A DNA stretch of 64,000 nucleotides from Chiloscyllium plagiosum (GCF_004010195.1 NC_057754.1:783318-847317); one strand, 5' to 3'. Positions 13,336-25,631 are shown, numbered from the stretch's first letter. Notes: generated by a model from the letters alone, not told the origin. A program made the numbers and translations.

Positions 13336-13603
13336 CTATATGGCTAGTCCAGTTCAGTTTCTGTTGAATGGTAACTTGCAGGATGTTGGTGAGGGATTCA
13401 GTGATGGTGATTACATTGAATTGTTGGAGATGATCATTGCCTGGCACTTGTCTGAATGTTGCTTGACATTTATCATCTCCAGCCTGGATTTATCCAGGTC
13501 TTGTTGCATTTGGACATCAACTGCTTCAGTATCAAACAAGTCACAAAAGGTGTTGTAAATGTGGAACTGTCAATGAACAAGTCCAAATGGGATGCAATTA
13601 AAG

Positions 13604-13870
13604 TGGATTAACGCCAGTACAGATACATTCAGTAACACAGGGCACTTGCGGGAGAGAGGGTGTTACTGAGTGACAGTGTGAGGGATCTGGATTAACATCA
13701 GTAGGATACAGTCAGTAACACACGGCACTGGGGTTGGGGAGAGAGGGGTTACTGAGTGTTAATGTGAGGAATCTGGATTAACGTCAGTAGCAATACAGTC
13801 AGTAACTCAGGGCACTGGGGGAGAGTGGTTACTGAGTGACCATGTGGGTTAAACTGTAACACAGGGCGCT
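13604..13870. repeat. 84-86-bp tandem repeat (~3 units) with internal inverted repeat
   Basis: Units start TGGATTAAC at 13604, 13688, 13774; each contains TCAGTAAC...GTTACTGA. Confidence 0.85.
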
Positions 13871-14809
13871 GAACAGCCTGGGTCACATTTGAAGTTTCTG
13901 CCCCGTTGTTCTGCCCACACCCCCCAGAGAAAATAGTTTCTCTCGATTGACCGTATTGAATCCTTGAATCAGTTTAAACATTGGTGAAAAATAGGCAAAT
14001 TCAAATCTTGAGTGATCTCTTGTTCTGGGGTAAAGGTGTTAAAGGTCATGGGACTGAGACAGACAAACAGAACAATCTCTTCCTGTTCCTAATCCAGGGA
14101 GATTAAGGGGCTGAATGGCCTGCTTCTGTAGCAGCCTATGTTGTCTGGGTTAGTGGCACTGCCAGTATGAAACGTGCTGGTGACGGGGGCTGTGACTGCT
14201 TTGGGCTCTGTTTGACTGGTACACAGGCTTGTTGCATCATGGCTTGCAGCACTTTGACCTGCAGCCAGCTGTTTGCTCAGATCCCAAGCGTGAAGATTCC
14301 AGGCAGAACAGTTCTTGGCAGCAGACACAGCTGTTTCTCTCAAGTTGTGTTCATTCCTGCCTCATTTCACTATGCTGCAGGGCCACATGCCAATAATCTT
14401 TCCCTCACACTCTTCCCTCGGGTCTGTGACCAATTGGGCCCCATGTGACTGATAGAGCTTTTCAACAAAAGGGCCTTCATGATGATCTCTAACACTGGCT
14501 AATTTCAGCTTTGGTTGTGTTGGAATCACAGATTGAGGTGCTCTGCCAACATTTCTACAGTTAATGCAAGAAACCAGACAGGATCTGACCTCCGAGTCCT
14601 GAGAATGAAAAATGAATCCTCTGGAGGTGGCTTTTGAAGATTTTTGAGTGTCTCATTCCATTTGCAGGAATTCCTATTTCTTTTTTGTGTTGGACGTGCT
14701 TGACTATGATTACCCTGGCATGTGTCAGTGTTGTAGGTTAGACTGACAAATTCATCTCTAAATGAAGAATGTGTATTCTCGAGCACCTTTCCCAATCTTA
14801 TTTGCAGTG

Positions 14810-15052
14810 AAGTCATCAGGCAGATTTTGGCAGCGAGTCATCACAAAACAACATTCCACAAACAACCAACAAGCCAGGAAGAGAAAAAGTTGTTTTGGTG
14901 ATAGCTGAGGGATAAATACAGAACCAGGACACCAGGGAGAACTGCCCTGTGCTCTTCTTCCAATATGACCATGAGAAAGGATGGCACCTCTGCCAGTGCA
15001 GCACTCCTTCAGCACTGACCCCCTGACAGTGCCCACTCCCTTAGCACTGACC
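14810..15052 (-). mobile_element. DeuSINE/SacSINE1-like fragment with ~2 minisatellite units
   Basis: Reverse complement of GTCAGTGCTGAAGGAGTGCTGCACTGGCAGAGGTGCCATCCTTTC...GGAAGAAGAGCACAGGGCAGTTCTCCCTGGTGTCCTGG. Confidence 0.75.
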
Positions 15053-16049
15053 CTACATCCTTCCCTATCTTTATAACCTCCTCCGGGCTCTCCATCCCTC
15101 CCCATCTCTGTAACCTTATCCAATTCCGACCTTTTGGGTAAAATCTGATTCCCATCGCTCCACCATTGGCGCCTGTATTTTCAGCAGCCTGGGGCCTGGA
15201 GTTTTCAGACGCTGGAATTCATTCTCTCCCTAAACCTCTAAACCTGTCAAGATACTTATAAAATTGACCTCTTTGGCCAGAAATGTAGTATCCTCTCCCT
15301 CTAATTCTGGCCTGATTTACCTCCTGTGAAGTGTCTGTGGATATTCCTGTGCATTACAGGTAGTGTGAAGACATGAAGGTTTGTTGGAATAGTTGGAGAT
15401 AGATGCCGGCAATTTTCTTAAAGAACTGGCAGCACCCAGTGTCCGCATGAGCTTGGTTGGTGTGTGTTAGTTTGCCTTTTCACTGTGGACAGTGAGTGGG
15501 CTGAAGCAAATGTACTAAATATGAAATGTTCTTCATTCTCAGCTCTCCTCCTCTGCAACCACATGTCTGCTGTTAACTAAGTGCTGACTGGTTTCTGCAG
15601 TCTGCCTGTCACTCCCCCACAGACCCCCTCTTTCAGCATCAGTCACAGCACAGAAGCATCCTGCTGAATGAACCAGTTCACCTTATGGTTCTTGTCCCGA
15701 TTCTCTTCAATTCACGTCCTTCTGGTGAACAACACTCCTGCTGCTGGGGACAGTCTCTCCCTCACTGACTCAATACAACAGCCCTTCTTGATTCTGAAGA
15801 CCTTGATTCAACCCCCCCCCCCCCCCCAACCCCCGAATGTTTCCTGCTCCCCCGAATCTGCTGGACAGCTTGTATTCATATAGTGCCTGTAAAATAGTAA
15901 GACCATTCACATGAGCAGTATGGGAGTATTGTCACTGAGCCAGGGGCGACCAGAACCCTGATCTTTAAGGAGTGTTGTAGAGGGGAGAGGTTAGAGGGAA
16001 TTCCAGAGCTTGAGATCACCCAGAGGAAGGCCTGTGGTGAAGTGACGGG

Positions 16050-16290
16050 ATTGGGAATTGAATTTATTGTCACGTGTACCGAGGCACAGTGAAAAGCTTT
16101 GTCTTGCGAGCGATGCAGGCAGATCACAGAGTTACGTTGCATAGATAAGTAAATAATAGGTAAACAGCAGCAAAATAAAAACACAGGTACAGGTGAATGT
16201 TAAGTCTGTGAATCCATTCAGTATTTTAACAACAATAGGGTAGAAACTGTTCAAAACCGGCTGGTGTGTGTGTTCAGGCTTCTGTACCTG
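16050..16290 (-). mobile_element. LINE 3' end (Rex1/Babar-like, tentative)
   Basis: Minus-strand ...aaagcttttcactgtgcctcggtacacgtgacaataaattcaattc tail; family assigned from memory. Confidence 0.5.
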
Positions 16291-17063
16291 AATAAGAGCA
16301 CTGAGGTGTTGTTGGGTTTTAGAGCTGGCTGTACATGTTCCAGAGATAAGGAAGTAGAATGAGGAATTGAGGGCTCTGCATGAAGTTGAGAGCTAAGCAG
16401 AGAGTGAAGTAGTGCAGCTGCATGGTCAGCGGAAGCAAGGTTCAGAGCGTGGGTTAGAATGAAGCGTGGTTTTGGTTATCGTGGTGACTGGGAGATTGTG
16501 GGGGAGCTAGTGATGAACTAACAGTTGCACGACAGTTTTCAGCTTCCTGCCTACAGGCCTCTTACAATGTGCATGGTTTGCCTGAAGTTTCACAGTGGCA
16601 TTGAAGGCAGCAAGCTCCAGGATTGCCCAACAAACAACATCAAGGAAAGCAAGTCTTGGAGCAGGGGCTGGTAAACAAAGTTAACCAGCGGTCAAATATT
16701 TGTGATACAATGAAGCAATTCAGTAGAAATAAAAGCAAGATGAATCATTCATTTTGGTTTTGCATAAGATCTGCAATAGATCTGACCGCCTGAGGATCAA
16801 ACCTAGGTGTGGGGCCCTGGGCAGTTAGTCAAGGAGGGTTTGAAAAATGCGAATGGGATATGCATCTTTCAATGGGAAGGGCTTTATTGGGAACAGTATT
16901 TTACTGCTCTAGCTAACACGAGCCAGTCAGGACCCAGATCCCTTGCTCAGTTCTCTACCTCTGGCTCCTCACTTTCACTCCCCCTCCTTTCTGAATCCCG
17001 TGATCAGTACATCATGGCTTTCAGCCGCAATATCTAATCCAGTGCTACCAAAGCTGATATAGT

Positions 17064-18775
17064 CAGAGCGCCGCAGTGTTGGCAGGTCAGTGCTGAGGGA
17101 GTGCTGCAGTGTTGGCAGGTTGGCGCTGAGGGAGCGTCGCACTGTGTCGGAGGATCGGCGCTGAGGTAGCACCGCACAGTATCGGAGGGTCAGCACTGAG
17201 GGAGCGTCCCACTGTGTCGGAGGGTCAACGCTGAGGGAGCATCCCACTGTGTCGGAGGGTCAGCGCAGAGGGGGCGTTGCACTGTGTCATAGTGTCAGCA
17301 CTGAGGGAGCGTTGCACTGTGTCAGAGGGTCAACGCTGAGGGAGCGTTGCACTGTGTCAGAGGGTCAGCGCTGAGGGAGCGTCGCACTGTGTCAGAGGGT
17401 CAGCACTGAGGGAGCGTCGCACTATGTCGGAAGGTCAGCACTGAGGGAGCGTCGCACTGTGTCCGAGGGCCAGTGCTGAGGGGCGTCGCACTGTGTCAGA
17501 GGGTGAGTGCTGAGGGAGTGCCATGCTGTGTCAGAGGGCCAGCGCTGAGGGAGTGCCACACTGTGTCAGAGGGTCAGTGCTAAAGGTGTGTCACACTGTG
17601 TCAGAGGGCCAGCACTGAGGGAGTATCGCAGTGTGTCAGAGGGTCAGCACTGAGGGAGCATCGCAGTGTGTCGGAGGGTCAGCGCAGAGGGGGCATCGCA
17701 GTGTGTCGGAGGGTCAGCGATGAGGGAGCGTCGCAGTGTGTCGGAGGGTCAGCGCAGAGGGGGCATCGCAGTGTGTCGGAGGGTCAGCGCTGAGGGAGCG
17801 TCGCAGTGTGTCGGAGGGTCAGCACTGAGGGAGCATCGCAGTGTGTCGGAGGGTCAGTACTGAGAGGGCATCACACTATGTTGGAGGGTCAGCGCAGAGG
17901 GGGCGTCGCACTGTATCAGAGGGTCAACGCTGAGGGAGCGTTGCACTGTGTCAGAGAGTCAGTGCTGAGGGAGCGTCGCAGTGTGTCGGAGTGTCAGTGC
18001 TGAGGGGGCATCGCACTGTGTCGGAGGGTCAGCGCAGAGGGAGCGTCGCAGTGTGTCGGAGGGTTGGTGCTGAGGGAGCGCCACGCTGTGTTGGAGGGTC
18101 AGCGCTGAGGAAGCACTGCACTGTGTCAGAGGGTCAGTGCAGAGGGAGTACTGCGCTGTGTTGGAAAGTCAGCGCTGAGGGAGCACCATGTTGGTGGGTC
18201 AGCGCTTACGGAGCACTGCACTATGTCAGAGGGTCAGTGCTAAAGGTGTGTCACACTGTGTCAGAGGATCAACACTGAGGGAGTATCGCAGTGTGTCAGA
18301 GGGTCAGTGCTAAGGGAGCATTGCAGTGTGTGAGGTCAGCACTGAGGGAGCATCGCAGTGTGTCAGAGGGTCAGTGCTGAGGGAGCATCGCAGTGTGTCA
18401 GAGGGTCAGCGCTGAGGGAGCACTGCAGTGTGTCGGAGGGTCAGCGCTGAGGGAGCACTACAGTGTGTCGGAGGGTCAGTGCTAAGGGAGCATCGCAGTG
18501 TGTCAGAGGGCCAGTGCTGACAGAGTGTAGCATTGTGTCAGGGGGTCAGCACTGACAGCGCCACACTGTGTCAGAGGGTCAGTGCTGAGGGAGCATCGCA
18601 CTGTGTTCGAGAGTCAGCACTGACGGAGCGCCACACTGCCAGAGGGGCAGTGCTGAGGGAGAGTCAAACTGTTGAAGGGTCAGCGCTGAAGAGCGCTGCA
18701 CTGTGTCAGAGGGTCAGCACTGACAGAACGCCACACTGTGTCAGCGGGTCAGCACTCAGGGAGCGCCGCACTGAT
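17064..18775 (+). repeat. 35-bp minisatellite (~49 units), variant of the 33-bp repeat
   Basis: Unit GGGTCAGCRCTGAGGGAGCRTCGCASTGTGTCRGA; carries an extra TG relative to the 1-740 array. Confidence 0.95.
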
Positions 18776-19065
18776 GGAGGTGCTGTCTTTTTGATGAGAT
18801 ATTAAACCAAGGACCTGCCTCCCCTCTGGGTTGGAGGAGGGGGGCATAGCATGGTGTAAAAGATCTCCTGGCCTCTACTGGAAAAAGTGCAGAGTGTTTT
18901 CTCTCCAGGGTCCTGGGGATCACTCGATCAACACCACTGAAAACATTATCTGGGTCATTCTTACATTGCTGTGTGGGTGCAAACTGACTGCTAGAATTCC
19001 TGCATTACAACAGTGACCACATTTCAAGAATGTTTTTCATTGATTATGAAATTCCTGAGGTTTTG
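18770..19065 (+). mobile_element. DeuSINE/SacSINE1-like Deu domain and tail, contiguous with the minisatellite
   Basis: GGAGGTGCTGTCTTTTTGATGAGATATTAAACCAAGG...AAAAGATC resembles the DeuSINE core; other copies ~19990-20215, ~40345-40640, head fragment ~3122-3265. Confidence 0.75.
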
Positions 19066-20261
19066 TATCAGCTGCTTACTGTCTACCCTAACTGGTAACT
19101 CACTGTGGCTGTCCTGCCAGCCTGTGTCACGTCGGGGGTGGGGCGAATGTACAGGGGAGTTCGAGAGCTGAGACAGCAAGGAATTAGTGGGTGGTTAGAA
19201 TTTGGGCATTGTCCAGACTGACAATCTTGACTTTGACTCTGTCCAGTCTTCACTGCAGAGGTGCCCTGAGAGTGACCATGAATGCCACAGGTACAGGGTG
19301 AAGGAGGGAGCTTGGATATCAGGCTTTGTCAGAGATGCACTATCTGAGCAATAGTCTCTCCATAACTGAGTGACGAGCTTTTTGAGAGCTGCCTGGACTT
19401 GTGCATTCTGTGTGTGGGTGTGGGAATGTTACTCTGAAATGTTACTGATTCCAGGGAAAGCATTCACTGTCTCCTTTCTTCATATTAAGCTCTCCATAAC
19501 AACCTTCTTTGCCTTGAGACTGTTCCACAGCAGGAGGACATTCAGCCCCTCAGGTCTGTTACACAGGAACAAGAATTAGGCCATTCGGCCCCTCCCTGAG
19601 CCTTTCCCACAGGAATGGGACAAGACCATTCAGCTCCTTCTCAAGCCTGTTCCCCAGTAGAAGGCTATTCAGCTTCCCAAGCCCCATCATTCACTCAGAT
19701 CATGGTTGATCTGTACCTTAACTCCATCTACCAGCCTTGGTCCCAATGACCATTGATCAATCTTAGTTTTAAGATTTTCAATTGACGTCCAGGTTTAAGA
19801 GTATTTTGTGTGTGTTTGGGAGAAGAGAGAGTGTGATAGTGAGTTCTGGATTTCCATTCCCCTGTGTGTGAAGAAATGCTTCCTGGTGTCATTATAGAAA
19901 GGGTTATCTCTGGTTGAAGGTTTTGCCGCCTTGGGCTGTGTTTTGATTGAAAGCTTAAAATGGAGCATGTGTCTGCCCTCTCAGGGGGCGGGGAGGTGGT
20001 GTGAAAGCTCCAATGCCACTATCAGAAGTAGAGCAGGGGGATCTGGAGCCAATATTAATCCCTCAACCAACATCACGATAAACAGATGATCTGGGTCATT
20101 CTCAGATTGCTGTGTGTGGGAGCTTGCTTTGTAAGTCAGCTGTTGTTTCCCCTACATTACCACAGTAACCTGGCAAAGAATAGTATGTTTTATTGGCTGC
20201 AGAGGGATATCGGGCTGGGTGAGATAGTGTGATGGTTAGTCTCTGATTGTCTCCCTGACAG

Positions 20262-20441
20262 AGGACAATGTGTCTGGAGTGAGTGAGTGGGATCACCAGG
20301 ACCACCGGCTTTCAGTGCTTGAACAGAGAGTCCAGCAGCAAGACGATGAGATTACACTGCTTAAATCCGCACTCGCTGATGCCCTCCGTCGCATCTGCTT
20401 CTACGACCAGCACTTCTCACTGCTGGAAGTCAACCAACCCG
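20262..20441 (+). CDS. EML3: EML3 exon: N-terminal trimerization coiled-coil
   Basis: ctgacag|AG GAC AAT...CCC G|gtatgt; (E)DNVSGVSEWDHQDHRLSVLEQRVQQQDDEITLLKSALADALRRI, the EML coiled-coil; 180 nt, phase 1-1. Confidence 0.93.
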
Positions 20442-20479
20442 GTATGTTCCCAATTCCCAATCTGCTTGCAGTATATTCC

Positions 20480-21500
20480 ATTACCCTGCTCATTCCCAGG
20501 CTTACTCCCCACACTCACCCAAGGCTGTGCTCATTCCTGGCCTCAGTCCATGCACTCAGCCCCAGACTTACTCCAGGCTCACTTCCTGCACTCATTTCCT
20601 GCACTCACCCCAAGGCTCACTCCCTGCACTCAGCCCCAGGCCCATTTCCTGTGCTCACTTCCTGCACTAACTTTTCACATTCACCCTTGGGCTCACTCTC
20701 AGGCTCATTCCCTGCACTCACCCCCCCCCCACTCACCCACAGGCTCACTCCCTGGGTTCACTCCTCACGCTCATTCTCTGCACTCAGTCCCAGGTTCAAT
20801 CCCTTCCCTTGCTCTCCACACTCGGGGCCCAAGCCTGCTCCCTGCACTCACTCCCTACACTTGCTCCCCAGCACATGTCCCTCCTATTGCTCCTTAGCCA
20901 CTTGCTTCCAAGCCTGCTCCCACTGTTTGCTCCCTCGGGCACTCTCTGGTGTGTACCTTCCTGCCTGTTCCCCAGTTTCTCCTCCAATTCACTCTCTGGC
21001 ACATGTCCACCACTCACTGTGTGCTGGCCTCCCTCAGTACCACAACCCGCGCTCTCCCCTTGCTGTCACCCCCAAGCTCTTCCCCTCCCCCCAGTCCCCC
21101 TTGTTTCCAGTCTGCTTCCCACACACACACACCTGCTCATTGCCTGTGTGCTGGTCCCATTGGTGCTCTCCCATCCTCTGGGAGGAGGAAGGGGAGAGGG
21201 TGGGGGAGGACTAACAAGAGGAAGAAGAGGAGGGTGCGTGGGTGGAGGAAGGGGAGACATAGGAGGGCTCAGTGTAAGGAGAAAAGAGGTGGAGGAGGGG
21301 ATAGCTGGAGTGGGAGGAGGAAAGGGCACAAGAGGGAGAGCCGCAGGAGATGGAAGAAAGGAAGAATGGGACTGAGGGGGAACGGGGGAGGAGTAGGAGT
21401 GTGGAAGAGGGAGAACTGCAGGAAGGGGAGCAGGAGGAGAAGAGAGTGGTGGAGGGAGGAGGAGGGGTTGCAGTGAGAGGGGTTGGGAGTGGGGTGAGAT
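20480..21500. repeat. Low-complexity tract: degenerate CACTCACCCCAGGCT-like repeats, then purine-rich run
   Basis: Directly visible; intronic. Confidence 0.7.
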
Positions 21501-21745
21501 CACTTTGGACAGTAACTCAACATAGTGAGGTGTGAGCTGTTTGGCAATGGGGTTGGATTGTTTATATAATAATTCATTTGGAGATTTGAATGTAGTTTCA
21601 GAACTGGGAAAAGAAAGAGGGAAGTTCAGGTTGAGTGCTTATCTTGAGACAAATATGTGAGAGAATTGTGTGATTATCTCTCTCTCTCTGTCTGTTTGTC
21701 TCTCTCTCCATCTGCCTGTCTCTCTCTCTTGCTCTGTCTCTTTAG

Positions 21746-21869
21746 GAAATCACAGTTTACTAAGTGCCTTCCCTACTCTGGGACCAACGGGGCGGTCCAG
21801 TGCGACAAGGACCCAGTCTTTGAGTTCAGCCTATGATTTACTGCGTCATAGTGGAGATACCAGTACAAG
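21746..21869 (+). CDS. EML3: EML3 exon: N-terminal disordered region
   Basis: Long CT tract, tttag|GA AAT...ACA AG|gtacaa; (G)NHSLLSAFPTLGPTGRSSATRTQSLSSAYDLLRHSGDTST; 124 nt, phase 1-2, bridges the neighbouring exons. Confidence 0.75.
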
Positions 21870-22587
21870 GTACAAATTGTCTTCTCATCTCTCTGTAACC
21901 TGTATCTTTGATTCAGCAAGGGCTGATTGCCAATTAGTCCAATCCACACAGTCCCAGTCACTCAATCAACTTTTTTCCAACTCACCTCCTGACTCCCCAA
22001 AGTCTGTCAATCACTGACAAGGCACAAGTCAGGAATGTGATGGAATACTCCACACTTGCCTGGATAAGTGCAGATCCAACTCAAGAAGCTTGACTCCATC
22101 CAGGACAAAGCAGCCCACTTGATGGGCACCATATTCACAAACATCCACCCACTCCACCACCGATGATCAGTAGCAGCAGTATGTGCCATCTACAGGATGC
22201 ACTGCAGCAACTCACCAAGGCTCCTCTGAAAACATCTTCCATGACTAGGACCATCATTGAGAAGGATGAGGACACAGATACATGGAAACACCATCCCTTG
22301 CTAGTTCCCCCACAGTAAATGAATTTAATAGATATGGACTCTGGGCTATCGAGGAGAGGGGTTAATGCCTTTATCGATCATTAATCCCTGCAGATGGTGT
22401 TGTATTGTTATTAGTCTAACTCCACTGCCCAGACAATCTTGGTCAATGAAATGTGCCCACTGGCCTACAGATAAAGAGAGGTTTCACTGACAGAGGTGGT
22501 GGTGGGCAGGGGGCCGGTGTGGGGACAGCTGTGAATTGTGACTGATTTGTGTATTTAATTTCTTTCTTTATCATGTACCATCTGCAG

Positions 22588-23724
22588 TTGTACACACACA
22601 AAGGAGAGAAAAGTCAAGGGGATTGAGGCATTACACCAAGCGCATGTACAACAGCCCAGGGGTCAGGCTGCACTGACAGTGCGTTCATGGCCCCAGGACT
22701 CAGAATCCACAGTCAGGCATTCACTAGCCCCTCAGTGCCTGTCCCACTGTCGACCTCATCCCTACCTGATCCAACCGCTTGCATCAGTCCAACAGTCTGC
22801 TGGAGACTACAAGCAACTGCTGTGCTGCCAGGAGAATGCAAAGAGCCCAGGAGCCTGGCCTCCTGCCCAGGCAACTCAACTTCCAAACAATGATGAACCC
22901 GGCTGGCAGCTTTGTGAAGGTGGCACCTTCCCAAACCACTCAGGTGAGCCTGGAGGTCAACCTCAGTTTGAGCCAAATGCCCAATGGCCTGCCAAGCTGT
23001 CCACATGCCACCTGAAGGATGAGTCGAGGCTCCAAAATGCAGAAACATATTCGTGTACACAAGGACAACATACATTTCCAGGAACGGAGACCAATGCTGC
23101 CCTGGAAACAGCCCTTGAGAATGCCCATCCTAACCCCCTACTGCCATCTCATGTGCCCGCCGCCCAGAATATCATTCAGCAATATTCTCAGTGTCCAACT
23201 GAAACTCAATCCAACAGAAGTCCAGACCAGCAGGATAAGCCTTCAAGACGGAGCCCAGATGAACAGGTTCTCTGTCCTGTGGCTTCTCTGGATATGTATG
23301 GGAGCCAACCTATAGCAGAGACCCTTCCTCAATCTCAGACCAGGCCAGAGGCAGCTCCTCTCGATGGATCCCTGAGCCAGCCAAGCAATGAAGTCCATGC
23401 AACAGCCATCAATGCAGATGTGTCTCACTGTCTACAACAAGAACACTCAACACCTCTAGCAGCCAGTCCTGATTCTGCTGAGGTTGTTCAAGCAGCTGAA
23501 GGATCTCCCTCAGCAGCCAGCCTTGATGCTTCTCAAACTTCATCTCAAACACAGAATGAGCCAGTAACCAAACTCCTGCCGTGCCTCCAGGAATGTCCGG
23601 ATGAGCTGACTTCTAAACCTCAGGGCCCTCATAGTGTGAGCCAAGCCAGCCAACAGAGTGTCAGGAATTGCGTCCCATCATCATCGCCTGTCGTGACCAA
23701 CTCTGCCCTCAATAAGAAAGTTCT
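22588..23724 (+). CDS. EML3: EML3 large low-complexity exon (379 codons, Q/S/P/E-rich)
   Basis: ctgcag|T TGT ACA...GTT CT|gtgcgt; stop-free over 1137 nt (same frame as ORF 22679-23740), non-repetitive, phase 2-2. Confidence 0.72.
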
Positions 23725-25499
23725 GTGCGTTGGATATTAGCTCTATTGTTGTCTTTGTGGGTCAGCTCTCTGGTACTGCTGGGTGATTGGAGGACTCCTG
23801 CCAAATCCCAACACCTCCCCCACCCCCGCACCGAAAAAATCCCAGGTCACTGTCACTCAGCAGTTTCAAATCTCCAAGCATTTATCTTTGCCTGAAAGTT
23901 TTCCTTTCATCTGTCAAAATGACTGAACCTTTTGCCCTATACTCTGCACAGCTGATTAACAACCATTTGCAATCTGGCATTGAGGGAGCTAAGATGGACC
24001 TGGGATAATCTAGTCGCAGTGTCTCCTGGATTGATTGCAGATCTGGTGCAGTAGGTTTTTGCATGTAGACTGTAATCAAGTGTGATCAATTGTTAATCAA
24101 AGCATCTCAGTGCTGGGTTAACACTTCATCTTTCGTGATCTGGCCCAGATGAAACGTGGAGGAAAAATCCCAATCTGGTTGCTAGCTCCATTTTTTAGAG
24201 CACAGAATAGCTGAACCAGTCACTCCTGAGCAAGGAAACTCATTGTATATGGGAGGGGGTGTTTTTTTGTTGAGATGGACAAGATACATAAATATACAAA
24301 TCAGAAGGTATATTCCACCACTTCAATCCACTTCAAGCTCATGTGTTTAGCAAGGGTTTGAGGTGTACCTTTAATTATTTTTATTCATTTATTCAAGGAA
24401 TCTGGGCAGCTTCACTGGCCAGACTCAGCATTTATTGCCCATGCCCCTGCAAAGAAGGCAATTACATGTCAACCACATTAGTGTGGGTCTGGAGTCACAG
24501 GTAGGCCAGACCAGATAAGGACTGTAGTTTTCCTCTCCTTAAAGGGCATTTGTGACCCAACTGGGTTTTTACAACAATTGTCTCCATGAGATTAATTTTA
24601 ATTTATTTTAGAGGGCTGGAGCTTAGGGCAGCAGGGAAAATGGGGATGTTTCACCATTGCCAGTCGAGTTGGGGACAGGAGATACGGACATTGAGAAATT
24701 ACTGACACCATATTCTTGGACTGACTGGTGCTGATAGACAGAAGGGAGAAAGATCTCTGATCTGCAACACTGATGTACCCTTATCCTTGCTCGGGTTGGG
24801 ACTAAACTGGAGAACCGGAAAGAGGAGTGAATATACTCGGAACAGAGTACACAGAACCCTGGCCCGGACAAAACAGTTGGCTAATTTGGAATGTTGGGAC
24901 GTCTCCCGCAGCTATGAATATTGTTTCTTACTAACTTTCTTCTAACCCCATTAAAATAGCAGCTGATTGAGGTGTGTGACTAATGCATGTCAAATTCCAA
25001 TCACTCCTTCTCAATGAAAACCTAATCAAATCCTGTCTGTGTTTGGGGAAAATGGAGTTACCTTAGCCTGAACTAACAGGGTCTAGTTTTCCGCTGCTTA
25101 CTTCAGGAGAGACTCTGATAGCGTCAAGGTATTATTACCACTTTGCGCAGAGGGCAGCTCCCTACTGTGTCTGAGCAGACAGCAGGGCAGGAGCCTGGCT
25201 TCATTTGGGCCAGGGCTGCTGAGAATGACTGACATCTGAAAGATCTTGGAAGGAGACTGCTGAAACCTCCATTCTCTACAAACCCAATATAATTCACTAA
25301 CATTCTGGGAAAGCTGCAGCTTCACATGCCATGAGATGGGGACATCACTCATGTTGTGTTGAGCTAGTTTCTCTGTATCCTAACCCTTGTAACCTGATTC
25401 TGGGTACCTAGCTTTGAATGCATTGCTCCCTTCCTGATTAACATCTCCCTCACCTTGCCTTTGATTTTAACTACAATTTTTAAAAAAATTTTTCTTTAG

Positions 25500-25631
25500 T
25501 TTAAGACGCTGCAGCACTTCAGATAAACTCGGAGCGCTGCGAGACAGGGCCACAGAGAATGGAAAACCCAAACTCGTAAGAAAATCCGCTTCCTCTCTGA
25601 ATCTGATGACTAAATCCAGGAATGTGGACAG
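25500..25631 (+). CDS. EML3: EML3 exon: basic region
   Basis: tttag|T TTA AGA...GAC AG|gttagt; LRRCSTSDKLGALRDRATENGKPKLVRKSASSLNLMTKSRNVD resembles human EML3 RRNSSS...KLSRKAISSANLL; 132 nt, phase 2-2. Confidence 0.88.

Noticed and set aside
17064..18775. CRISPR-like array
   Set aside because: Contiguous tandem units with no unique spacers, no cas genes, vertebrate context.
20442..21214. Continuation of the 314-aa ORF beyond the coiled-coil
   Set aside because: Read-through past a good donor (G|gtatgt) into low-complexity intronic sequence.
24612..24870. Extra exon in the 23725-25499 intron
   Set aside because: An acceptor-like site exists, but all three frames hit stops before a convincing donor and there is no EML similarity.
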